This document shows positions 11,443-23,689 of a stretch of 64,000 nt of DNA, piece by piece. Source of the stretch: Haliotis rubra (lineage: Eukaryota); NCBI RefSeq assembly GCF_003918875.1, contig NW_025766002.1, forward strand, positions 9,362,001 through 9,426,000, written 5' to 3'. A program made the translations under genes and the position numbers. Each line of letters starts with the position of its first letter. Positions within the stretch are counted from its first letter, which is position 1. Below the pieces are notes generated by a model. The model was not told the origin of the DNA, made no database searches, and was given only the letters and a program-made list of their open reading frames with translations.

Positions 11443-14400
11443 CTACAGTGACATTCTACTCCGAGAACACCCCCTCCGACAGTGACACAATCCTCCCCAG
11501 AACACCACCTCCTACAGTGACACAATACTCCCAGAACACCCCCCTACAGTGACACAATACTCCCAGAACTCCCCTACAGTGACACAATCCTCCCAGAACA
11601 CCCCCTCCTACAGTGACAAAATACTCCCAGAACACCCCCCCTACAGTGACACAATCTTCCCCTAGAACACCCCCTCCTACAGTGACACAATCCTCCCCCA
11701 GAACACCACCTCCTACAGTGACACAATGCTCCCCCAGAACACCACCTCCTACAGTGACACAATCCTCCCCCCTTCCTAGAACACCCCCTCCTACAGTGAC
11801 ACAATCCTCCCCAGAACACCACCTCCTACAGTGACACAATCCTCCCAGAACACCTCCTCCTACAGTGACACAATACTCCCAGAACACCCCTCCTACAGTG
11901 ACACAAGTGCTCCTCCCAGAACACCCCCTACAGTGACACAATGCTCCCAGGTAACACCCTCCTACAGTGACACAATCCTCCCAGAACACCCCTCCTACAG
12001 TGACACAATCCTTCCTTCTACAGTGACACTGCTCCTCCCAGGTGTGACACAATACTCCCCCACTCCCCTCCTACAGTGACACAATCCCTCCCAGAACACC
12101 CCTCCTACAGTGACACAAACACCCCCTCCATAATGCTCCCAGAACACCACCCTCCTACAGTGACACAATACTCCCCAGAACACCTCCCTCCTACAGTGAC
12201 ACAATACTCCCCAGAACACACCCTCTCTACAGTGACACAATCTCCCCAGAACACCCTCCTCCTCCCTAGAACACAGTGACACAATGCTCCCAGAACACGC
12301 CCCTACAGTGACACAATACTCCCCAGAACACCCTCCTACAGTGACACAATGCTCCCAGAACACCCCTTCCTACATGACACAATCCTTCCTGAACACCCTC
12401 CTACAGTGACACAATCCTCCCCCAGAACACCCTCCTACAGTGACACAATCCTCCCTGGCACACCCCACTCCTCTTACAGTGACACAATCCTCCCAGAACA
12501 CCCCTCCTACAGTGACACAATCCTCCCAGAACACCCCTCCTACAGTGACACCCCTCCCACAGTGACCTGTCTCCATGCCTCCATTCTGGTGACTGTGCCT
12601 TGGTGGCTCCTCCTGGACTTGTGTTGGTGGCCACACTCCTTCTAGAGACACCCCTTCTACTGGTGTGCACTCCCCAGGGGCAGTGCTCCTGGTGCCTCCT
12701 ACAGTGACACTGTGCTCCTTCCAGATGTTTCTACACTCCTCCTACTGGTGACCCTCCTACAGAACTTGCCCCCAGAACAGCCCCGGTGTTGTGTCCCCAG
12801 GGCTTGGTGGTCTCCTACAGTGTCCTGGTGTCTCCCGGGTGGCATGTGTTCCCTCCTACAGTGACACACATCCACCCCTCCCAGGACACCCCTACAGGGC
12901 CCTGGTCTCCCCTAACACCCCTCCTACAGTGACACTTCCCTCCCGTTGGTCTCCCCAGACCACTGGTGGGCCCTCCCAGAGACCACAGTGACATGGTGCT
13001 GGGTCCAGAACACCCCTCCTACAGTGATCACAATGTCCCAGGAACACTACCCTGGCCTGGTCCACAATGTGCTCCTAGACCACACACGTGCCTGGTGTCT
13101 GTGTGGTTGACACCTGGGTCCTCCTACAGTGACCAATGTTCTTGCCTGAACACCCCCTTCCTACAGTGACACAATCCTCCCTGAACACCCCCTCCTACAG
13201 TGACACTTCTCCCCTCCACAGTGGTTCTCCCCCAGACCCACACACTCCTGGTGACTGTCTCCCTCCTGTTGTGACACAATCCTGGTTTCAGAACTACAGT
13301 GTGTCCCTTCTACAGTGTTCCTACATGGCCTCCCTCCTCCAGAACATCCCTCCTACAGTGACACTCCCTGGTGTGATTCCACAGTTGTCTCTGGGTCCTC
13401 ACAGTGACACTGTGCCCCAGGGTCCCACGGTGACCTCCTCTCTCACCACTGGTGGTGCTTGGGTCCCTCCTACAGTGTTGTGCTCCAGAACACCCCTCCT
13501 ACAGTGGTGACACAATCCTCCCCAGAACATCCTGGTCTGGTGTTCTCCTCTTACAGTTGGCAGTGACACAATGGTGGTTTGTCTCCTCCTGTGAACACCC
13601 CTGGGGCCTGCTACAGTGACACAATGCTCCTAGGGATACCTGCCTCCTACAGTGACACAATCCTCCCAGAACACCCTCCTACAGTGACACAATCCTCCCC
13701 AGAACACCCCTCCTACAGTGACACAATGGACAGCCCTCCTCCTGAACACCCTCCTACAGTGACACAATGCTCTTCCAGAACACCCTCCTACAGTGACACA
13801 ATGTTCCTAGAACACCCCCTTCCTACATGACACAATGTCCTCCTAGAACACCCTCTTCCTACAGTGACACAATGCTCCCAGAACACCCCTCCTACAGTGA
13901 CACAATCCTCCCAGAACACCCCCTACTACAGTGACACAATGCCTCCCAGACACACCCTCCTCCTACAGTGACACAATCCTCCCAGAACACCCCTCCTACA
14001 GTGACACAATCCTCCCAGAACACCCCCTCCTACAGTGACATAATGCTCCCCCAGACCACCCCTCCTACAGTGACACAATACTCCCAGAACACCCTCCTAC
14101 AGTGACACAATACTCCCAGAACACCCCTCCTACAGTGACACAATGCTCCCAGAACACCCTCTCCTACAGTGACACAATGCTCCCAGAACACCCCCTCCTA
14201 CAGTGACACAATACTCCCAGACACCCCCCCTACAGTGACATAATGCTCCCAGATCACCCCTCCTACAGTGGCACACTCCACCTAGAACACCCCTCCTACA
14301 GTGACACAATGCTCTCCCAGAACACCCCCTCCTACAGTGACACAATCCTCCCAGAACACCCCTCCTACAGTGACACAATACTCCCAGACACACACCCCCT

Positions 14401-15580
14401 ACAGTGACATAATGCTCCCCAGAACACCCCCCTCCTACAGTGACACAATGCTCCCCCAGAACACCCCCTCCTACAGTGACACAAGAACATGCCCCCTACA
14501 GTGACACAATCCCAGAACACCCCCTCCTACAGTGAAACAATACTCTTAGAACACATGCCCCTACAGTGACACAATGCCTCCCAGAACACCCTCCTACAGT
14601 GAAACAATACTCCCAGAACACCCCCTCCTACAGTGACACAATACTCCCAGAACACCCCTCCTACAGTGACACAATGCTCCCAGAACACGCCTCCTACAGT
14701 GACACAATGACACACAGTCACACAATCCTCAGAACATCCCCTCCTACAGTGACACAATGTTCCTAGAACACCCCTCCTACAGTGACACAATGCTCCCAGA
14801 ACACCCTCCTACAGTGACACAACACTCCCCAGATCCTCCCAGGACACAATGCTCCCAGAACACCCCTCCTACCTACATCCTCCCAGATGACACAATCCTC
14901 CTGAGGAACACCCCCTCCTACAGTGACACAATCCTCCCAGAACAACCCCTCCTACAGTGACACAATCCTCCAGAACACCCCCTCCTACAGTGACACAATG
15001 CTCCCCAGAACACCCCTCCTACAGTGACATGATGCTACAGTGACACCCCTCCCACAGGACACCCCCTCCTACAGTGACACAATGCTCCCAGAACACCCCC
15101 TCCTACAGTGACACAATACTCCCAGAACACCCCCTCCTACAGTGACACAATGCTCCCAGAACACCCCCTCCTACAGTGACACAATGCTCCCAGAACACCC
15201 CCTCCTACAGTGACACAATACTCCCAGAACACCCCTCCTACAGTGACACAATGCTCCCAGACACCCCCTACAGTGACATAATGCTCCCAGATCACACCTC
15301 CTACAGTGACACACTACACCCCTGAACACCCCCCTCCTACAGTGACACAATCCCCCAGAGACACCCCCTCCTACAGTGACACAATGCTCCCAGAACACCC
15401 CCTCCTACAGTGACACAATGCTCCCCAGAACACCCTCCTACAGTGACACACACTCCCAGACACACACCCCCCCTACAATGACATAATGCTCCCAGATTAC
15501 CCCCTCCTACAGTGACACAATACTCCCAGAACACCCCCTCCTACAGTGACACAATACCACCACAGCACTCCCTCCTACAG
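11443..15580. repeat. minisatellite, about 33-36 bp unit cctacagtgacacaatcctcccagaacacccct
   Basis: More than 100 tandem units with C-run length variation; degenerate middle part. Confidence 0.97.
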
Positions 15581-16269
15581 TTCAACAATACTCAAAACAC
15601 AGTCAACCCAAAAAGTATTGCAAACAACCACGATGGAAATGACGACTTCATTTTTCATCACTGTCTTTCTAATAGCCCACATATACCTTTGTCTCAATCA
15701 GATATGCTGTAAAGAAACAGTACACTAAGATGTAACTCTCTTCCCAAGTGTTTGCTGATCTTAACGAGAAAAACATAAAACAGTCTTAAAGCAGTCATCC
15801 AGGCTTCTTTGATAACCATGGACATATTTTCATAGAAGGAAGGTTCCCGAAAGCCAGCGTCTGGCAGTTGAGCAAGGCATGACTAGTGCACCATGTAGTG
15901 ATACACATCTGCATAAACCTACTTGTAGATCATGGATTTCAGAACTTCAAGAGTTGACCTACAGCCAAGACTTTTGGAGAATGTCGATGTTTTGTCTGCC
16001 ATGTATAAGGTGAATGAAAGATAACACAGAAATGTTTTTACCAGATAACTATTCTTTCAGCACAAGCCTGTGACTAAGTGGTATTTCTGTTTCTTGCCAT
16101 TCCTTATCATCCAACATGTTGGTCTGTGGCCATGTTTTTAAACACTATGTATTTATTTTGACACACATTTATGTGGGGTATATTGAGTTGTCAGTTCACG
16201 TTGACCTGATGTCTGTATTAGCTTGTCTTGGTGTGTGGGCCGGAAGACACTTACTGGATGGAAGGTGTG

Positions 16270-16467
16270 GATGAGCGAGTAAGTTTAGTTTTACGCCGCC
16301 CCCAGCAATATTGCAGCTGTAGGGCATCAGTCTGTAAATAATGGAACATGGACCAGACAATCCAGTGATCAGCAGCATGAGCATCGATCTACACAACTGG
16401 GATACAATGACATGTGTCAACCAGGTGAGCAAGCTGATCCCGTTAGTCGCCTCTCACGACAAGCATT
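16270..16467 (-). mobile_element. SINE-like family 2, 5'-truncated
   Basis: ggaccagacaatccagtgatc and ccgttagtcgcctctcacgacaagcat match the family reverse complement. Confidence 0.85.
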
Positions 16468-16553
16468 GGAAGGTGTGGACACTTATGCAAGTCCAACACA
16501 CCCAGCAGAGAAAACAGGTCCATATCTGATAAAAAAAGATGGGAAATGTAATG

Positions 16554-16905
16554 GGTGAGGTGAGGTGAAATGGGGTTTAACGTGGTGCTTAAGAATATTT
16601 CGCTCATATGACGACATGCATGCTCGTGTATGTGTGGCTGCTTGTACTAGCCCAGACTGAAGCTGGTTTTATAGTGCTAGCTCACTGAGATACCATACCA
16701 CAGTTAAGCATGAATACCCCACTCAGACACATTATACTGACTCCGAGCCGACCAGTCCTTGTTTTACCCATTAATGCTGAGCGCCAGGCAGGGCCAGCAA
16801 GAAGTGCCATATTTTAATGTATTTTAATATGACATGGCCAGGGATCGAACCGGAGACCTTCCTCTCTCTGGGCGGACGCTCTAACCACTACACAACGGAG
16901 GCGGT
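16554..16905 (-). mobile_element. SINE family 3, full length
   Basis: tRNA-like head on minus (GTGTAGTGGTTAGAGCG...GGTTCGATCCC); same body as 45-332. Confidence 0.88.
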
Positions 16906-16956
16906 TGGAAGGGGTAGATTTTTTCTTGAAGACAAATTATATATTTTTAATGCAAC

Positions 16957-17987
16957 GAAGTGACCTACGTAAACAGCATTGTGCAGAAGTTGAAGTGACC
17001 TACGTAAACGGCATTGTGCAGAAGCTGGAGTGACCTACGTAAACAGCATTGTGCAGAAGTTGAAGTGACCTACGTAAACGGCATTGTGCAGAAGTTGAAG
17101 TGACCTAGGTAAACAGCATTGTCCAGAAGTTGAAGTGACCTACGTAAACGGCATTGTGCAGAAGTTGAAGTGACCTACGTGAACGGCATTGTGCAGAAGT
17201 TGAAGTGACCTATGTAAACGGCATTGTGCAGAAGTTGAAGTGACCTATGTAAACGGCATTGTGCAGAAGTTGAAGTGACCTACGTAAACAGCATTGTGCA
17301 GAAGTTGAAGTGACCTACGTAAACAGCATTGTGCAGAAGTTGAAGTGACCTACGTAAACAGCATTGTGCAGAAGCTGAAGTGACCTACGTAAACAGCATT
17401 GTGCAGAGGTTGAAGTGACCTACGTGAACGGCATTTTGCAGAAGTTGAAGTGCCCTATGTAAACGGCATTGTGCAGAAGTTGAAGTGACCTACGTAAACA
17501 GCATTGTGCAGGAGCTGAAGTGACCTATGTAAACAGCATTGTGCAGAAGTTGAAGTGACCTACGTAAACAGCATTGTGCAGAAGTTGAAGTGACCTACGT
17601 AAACAGCATTGTGCAGAAGTTGAAGTGACCTACGTAAACGGCATTGTGCAGAAGTTGAAGTGACCTACGTAAACAGCATTGTGCAGAAGTTGAAGTGACC
17701 TACGTAAACGGCATTGTGCAGAAGTTGAAGTGACCTACGTAAACGGCATTGTGCAGAAGCTGAAAGTGACCTATGTAAACGGCATTGTGCAGAAGTTGAA
17801 GTGACCTATGTAAACGGCATTGTGCAGAAGTTGAAGTGACCTATGTAAACGGCATTGTGCAGAAGTTGAAGTGACATACGTAAACGGCATTGTGCAGAAG
17901 TTGAAGTGACCTACGTAAACGGCATTGTGCAGAAGCTGAAGTGACCTATGTAAACGGCATTGTGCAGAAGTTGAAGTGACCTATGTA
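16957..17987. repeat. 35-bp minisatellite gaagtgacctacgtaaacagcattgtgcagaagtt, about 29 copies
   Basis: Direct tandem periodicity. Confidence 0.97.
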
Positions 17988-18319
17988 TATATACTTTTGA
18001 TGTATGTGACACATCTGGAAAATGATGACAGAGTAAAGACTACATACAGATCAAGTTTTGACTTCGAAACAACTGTACATTTGACACAAGATCAACTCAA
18101 CAGTGTTTGACTGTATTTTGATTTTAAATCCCCACTTTACCCCCTGTGAAATACCTCTTGTCTTTAACATAGAGTTTCAAGATATATCTTAAATCAACAT
18201 ATATTAACTTTATATACCTCTCTTATTTACAACTTACAGAATATACCTTGCATTTTAATATAGACTACATCATATGTGTCTTATCAATTTTTAACATGCT
18301 TACAAATTATACATTGCAT

Positions 18320-19665
18320 TTGTAACTTAGACATGTGATATATCTTTTATTATTAACATAGACCAACTATATATACCTCACACTTGTAACTTAGACATGT
18401 GATATATCTTTTATTATTAACATAGACCAGCTATATATACCTCACACCTGTAACTTAGATATGTGATATATCTTTTATTATTAACATAGACCAACTATAT
18501 ACACCTCACACTTGTAACTTAGACATGTGATATATCTTTTATTATTAACATAGACCAACTATATATACCTCACACCTGTAACTTAGACATGTGATATATC
18601 TTTTATTATTAACATAGACCAACTATATACACCTCACACTTGTAACTTAGATATGTGATATATCTTTTATTATTAACATAGACCAACTATATACACCTCA
18701 CACTTGTAACTTAGATATGTGATATATCTTTTATTATTAACATAGACCAACTATATGTACCTCACACTTGTTACTTAGACATGTGATATATCTTTTATTA
18801 TTAACGTAGACCAACTATATATACCTCGCACTTGTAACTTAGACATGTGATATATCTTTTTTATTATTAACGTAGACCAACTATATATACCTCGCACTTG
18901 TAACTTAGACATGTGATATATCTTTTATTATTAACATAGACCAACTATATACACCTCAAACTTGTAACTTAGATATGTGATATATCTTTTATTATTAACA
19001 TAGACCAACTATATACACCTCACACTTGTAACTTAGATATGTGATATATCTTTTATTATTAACATAGACCAACTATATGTACCTCACACTTGTTACTTAG
19101 ACATGTGATATATCTTTTATTATTAACATAGACCAACTATATATACCTCCGCACTTGTAACTTAGACATGTGATATATCTTTTTTATTAACGTAGACCAA
19201 CTATATATACCTCGCACTTGTAACTTAGATATGTGATATATCTTTTATTATTAACATAGACCAACTATATATACCTCGCACTTGTAACTTAGACATGTGA
19301 TATATCTTTTATTATTAACATAGACCAACTATATACACCTCACACTTGTAACTTAGACATGTGATATATCTTTTATTATTAACATAGACCAACTATATAT
19401 ACCTCGCACTTGTAACTTAGACATGTGAGTGAATGAGTGACTTTAATTTTACGCCGCTTTTAGCAATATTCCAGCAATATTCCAGCAATATCACGGCAGG
19501 GAACACCAGAAATGGGCTTCACGCATTGTACCCATGTGAGGCATCGAACCCAGGTCTTCGGCGTGACAAGCGAATGCTTTCACCACTTGGCTACCCCACC
19601 ACCCCAACTTAGACATGTGATATATCTTTTATTAACATAGACCAACTACATATACCTCTCATTTT
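18320..19665. repeat. 64-bp AT-rich minisatellite (with SINE insertion)
   Basis: tgtaacttagacatgtgatatatc... recurs at 18321, 18385 and onward. Confidence 0.95.
19428..19605 (-). mobile_element. SINE family 1 inserted in the 64-bp array
   Basis: Family reverse complement flanked by aacttagacatgtga on both sides. Confidence 0.88.
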
Positions 19666-19712
19666 AACACAGACTTACAGCCTATACTTCTCATGGTTAA
19701 CAGAGCTATTTC

Positions 19713-19902
19713 TAGACTAAGTCTCTGAATATATAATTTTGATTGTAACAAACAAACCCATATAAATTGAAAAGGAGCCCCAGGGAGACCAGAAATCCGG
19801 AACCTGAGGAAATCTAGACTTGCTTTATTTAGGGCTTTAGCATTGCAGAGAAGGCTTGTCAGCAGGGGAAATAAGATGGTTCAGGGACTGTGAGACAGAC
19901 TA
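19713..19902 (+). mobile_element. Academ-like hairpin-ended mini-element, copy B
   Basis: TAGACTA...CAGACTA; 9-bp TSD agctatttc/agttatttc; TGAAAAGGAGCCC and CTGAGGAAATCTAGACTTGC shared with copies A and C. Confidence 0.8.
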
Positions 19903-20358
19903 AGTTATTTCTTTTACCGCTCATTGTTAACACAGACTTTACTGTATGTATTAGTCAAATCATGTATAATGAAGCTATGGCTGGAATGAACTAGAATTAG
20001 TGGTTCGTTTGAGTTTGTTATAACCAGAGTTTTATTGAACCTGTGCAATGATAATTCATTTTAATTCGATGGCACTGGCCATTTGATAACCTGGAGGGAT
20101 AAAGTGAGGGAAAAGTATTTGTTTTCAAGTATTTTCTGTTCAATGTTTTGAAATCCCAGCCTCAGCCCCTAACCAGAATATCAAAATGTCACGTCACTAA
20201 TGACCCACAGAACAAACTAACTGTATCTGAGTGGGGTACCCAATGTTACCTTGTGGTATAGTATACCAGTGGACTGGCACCAAAGTTCGGACATGCAGCA
20301 ACACAAAGTCATGTACATCACAACCAAAATTCAGCTCACCATTCTTGCTTCTTGAACA

Positions 20359-20550
20359 GCTGTCTCACAGCGCCTGAATTCCATTATTGTCCCTACTGAC
20401 CAACCCTCTGTCCAACGTTTAAGCCCTACATGAAGCAAGTCTAGATTTCCTCAGGTTCAGCATCTCCCATCTCACTGGGGCTCCTTTTCAATATTAAAGA
20501 AATTTGTGTCTACCAAAGTTATATATATTCAGAGACTAAGCATTAGTCTA
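20359..20550 (-). mobile_element. Academ-like hairpin-ended mini-element, copy C
   Basis: Reverse complement carries the same motifs; flanking duplication cttgaaca at 20351-20358 and 20551-20558; one terminus eroded. Confidence 0.78.
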
Positions 20551-20641
20551 CTTGAACATCTAACACTGGTATCACTAGTTGGTCTGGTGAAATTCTGTTA
20601 TCTTGATTATGTCACAGAAGAGCTTGAACATTGCTGTTTAC

Positions 20642-21712
20642 TAGGGGCTGCACGGTACTACCTGTATACCGGTATATATCGCATTATGGCTAAAATACAT
20701 GGAATTATCATGAAACGGCCCTCCATTATCAGAAATTTGCGGTCCGCTGCAAATGATATTGGACCGCTCAACCTTAACGACGGGCCACTATCAGTTCTGT
20801 TGTCAAGTGACGTCATAGTTCGACATTAATTGGCTTTCGACTGGCAAATATTCTGGGTCAAACAAGTCAAAGCAACCCAAATTCCCGCTTTAAATAGCAG
20901 TAATATTAGCTTTCTTGTTGGTGCTAACTTGGTTCATTGCACTATTAAGACTGTTGATGGACCAAAACCGAACACTGACATAGTTTGACATGTTGCAGGC
21001 TATGGTCTTGTCAAAGGCCAAGGTCGAATATCGTCACGTTCTGTTGTGACGTCACTTGAATTGTTCGATGACGTAATTGCATTCGGGCAGTCAACCCCGT
21101 CAGAAGTTGATTTGGGTAAACTTACAGTCAAATTCTTCATTGTTTCCTTTTTCTTTTCAACACAAATTCCATGTATTTTAGCAATAATAACGGTAATGCT
21201 ATTTTTGAGGGCATTATCATTTGCAGAAGCCCTCGGTCTTTTCAACTGCCCTCCTTCGTCGGGCAGTTAATGGAAGACCTCGGGCTTCTGCAAATGATAA
21301 TGCCCTCAAAAATAGTCCCGTTATGATAACATTTCAAACGATATGTATTGCAATATTTTTGTCTGAGGACCGGTACATTAAGTAAAGAACATATATATTT
21401 TTTGTGTGATTTCTTTATGTTTTGAATTAAAATTTCATTCACAACATATGTTTTCCTTCGTTATTCAATGACAAAACGGCATACTGTAATACTATAAATT
21501 GTATAAAAAAGAAAATAGAATCCCTGACCATGCAACCTAATTTTGAGATTGCTGTTATCAGAACCATGACATATATGTTTAGGGACTAATGTTGAAAATA
21601 GAATTGACATGCGCAATTAGTGTCACTTACTGTCAAACACATAAGGTCCCAATATATCGTACCTGAATCGCAATACATTACAATGCAATTTAATTGCTAA
21701 TACACAGCCCAA
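20642..21712. mobile_element. hAT-type non-autonomous DNA transposon
   Basis: Ends TAGGGGCTGCA / CACAGCCCAA; imperfect 8-bp TSD ctgtttac/ctgactac; CpG-richer interior. Confidence 0.6.
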
Positions 21713-21731
21713 CTGACTACAGCACAAAACA

Positions 21732-21895
21732 GGGCGGTGGGGTAGCCTAGTGGTCAAAGCGTTTGCTCGTCACGCCGAAGACCCGGGTTCTATTCTCCAC
21801 ATGGGTACAATGTGTGAGCCCACTTCTGGTGTCCCCCGCTGTGATATTGCTGGAATATTGCTAAAAGCGGCATAAAACTATACTCACTCACTCAC
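21732..21895 (+). mobile_element. SINE family 1
   Basis: Near consensus; TSD actac(a/t)gcacaaaaca. Confidence 0.9.
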
Positions 21896-22542
21896 TACTG
21901 CACAAAACACCATTCAGGCAGTACCAGCCTCTGACAGGTGTGATGCAGCTACCTGAGACTATCTGGTGAATCCCATTTCCTGGTATATGGGGCTAATGAT
22001 TACACACATTTATCTTCAATCTGTCAGGTCAAGTAGGGAAGTAGAAACAATTTAATCAATAATGGCAACATTTCTGCCAGAAACTTCCCTGGAAGAACAA
22101 CATCACTTTAGGTAATGTTTGGTCAATCCAACCAATGGGGTATTGGCATCTGATGGGATTCAGAGACTGGGTGGTCCAACCATCTGCTGCCAACAGGCTT
22201 TTGTGAGTTTGTAAATAGTGTCAGAAGGTCTTAAATACACCAGAAATGTAGAACTGGCCTCCCAGATAGCTTGTGTTGCTCCTGTAGATTAGTGGCCATC
22301 CAGTCACATAGATGATGCAGCAATAGGCATTTTCTTCTGGTTCTAGTACATACTGTATTGTTCCTGGGTAGGTAATATAGGTCATTGGTAAATATGGTTG
22401 GTGAGAAAGTAAGGTTATGAGCTTTTACAGAATTATTTCCATTGGCAACAGTCCGAGATGCACAGGTTTGGCTCAATTCAGTTTTTTATCTGCAATGTTC
22501 CAGAGGGCTATACAAATGATCGCACTCACTCACTCAGATATA

Positions 22543-22745
22543 AACCTGTTAAGATCCGAAGTTAGAATGGGTCTTCAGCAACCTATGCTTGTCATAAGAT
22601 GAAATCGGTTGGTCTGACTCGCTGACTGGGTTGATGCATGTATCCCAGTTGTGTAAGTCAATGCTTATGATGTAATTCACTGGATTGTCTGGTCCAGACT
22701 TCATTATCTACAGACATATATTGGTGAGTGCAGCATTAAACAACT
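22543..22745 (+). mobile_element. SINE-like family 2
   Basis: acctgttaagatcc...ggtcttcagcaacc head and family body. Confidence 0.8.
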
Positions 22746-22949
22746 GAAAAATAAAGAAGTAAGAAAGAAGCTGAGTCCTGGTTCACCCCAATGATGTTTC
22801 TAGGTCTGTCAATACTAGGCCTACGTTTGTGGGTTTGACCAAAGTGGTAAACATCATAGACCTGCATCACTTCACAGACTGTGATAGAACAGGAATACTG
22901 TTCAAGGCAATATTAAACACAACTCACTCACTCACTCACTCAGATATAA

Positions 22950-23240
22950 ACCTGTGAAGATCCGGGTTAGAATTGGTCTTCAGCAACCAATTCTTGTCGA
23001 AAGAGCCGACTAATGTGATCAAATGTTTGGGCTCTCCGACTTGGTTGACACATCATCATGTCCCAGCTGCTTAAATCGATGTTCTTGTTGTTGATCACTG
23101 GATTGTCTGGTCCATTTATTTGCAGACTGCCGCCATATAGCTGGGATATTGTTGTTGATCACTGGATTGTCTGGTCCATGTATTTGCAGACTGCGCCATA
23201 TAGCTGGGATATTGCTGAGAGCAGCGGTAAAACAACAAAC
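22950..23240 (+). mobile_element. SINE-like family 2 with internal duplication of about 64 bp
   Basis: acctgtgaagatccgggttagaattggtcttc head; the gatcactggattgtctggtcc...gctgggatattg block occurs twice. Confidence 0.85.
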
Positions 23241-23516
23241 CACTCCACCATAACGCATTCTTTGGATCGATATTCACAGGGCTGGGCAGATGTAATCAGA
23301 ACAGCAACATGAATTAGATACTTTTACGTGTGTTCTATTTACTGTGTGCAAATGTTATGTACATCACTCACTAGTGGTATGTCTTGCTGATTTAGTCAGA
23401 ATTGTTATGTAGCAGACGGCAGACGGTGTGTGGTGTTAAACAACAAACAAGCATCATCAGAACTCTCCATGTGGAGAATTCCAAACCAATGCTTGTCGTC
23501 TAACTTCATAGATCAG

Positions 23517-23622
23517 GGCCTAGATTTTCGAAGCACTCTTAGTGCTAAATAGTCGTAAGTGCCATACATTAACATTAAATTACGACTATCATGGCGCTAA
23601 GGGAGCTTCGAAAATCTAGGCC
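23517..23622. mobile_element. PIF/Harbinger-type MITE
   Basis: Perfect 18-bp TIR GGCCTAGATTTTCGAAGC; 3-bp TSD CAG supported by an empty paralogous site at 5991-6010. Confidence 0.88.
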
Positions 23623-23689
23623 CAGGTTGTCAGACTTGGTGACCCTGTACCAACCAATCGTACTCTCACACTCAGATACAGCACAAGAA

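Noticed and set aside
11456-15728. Many mucin-like (PPTVTQ) or Cys/Gly-rich ORFs
   Set aside because: Products of a minisatellite with constant frameshifts, open on both strands, with no splice context
9580-20550. Mini-elements carrying a guide matching their own target site
   Set aside because: Partial matches (GAAATAA in B, CTTAAACGT in C) fall at non-equivalent positions and reflect family sequence; nothing consistent across copies
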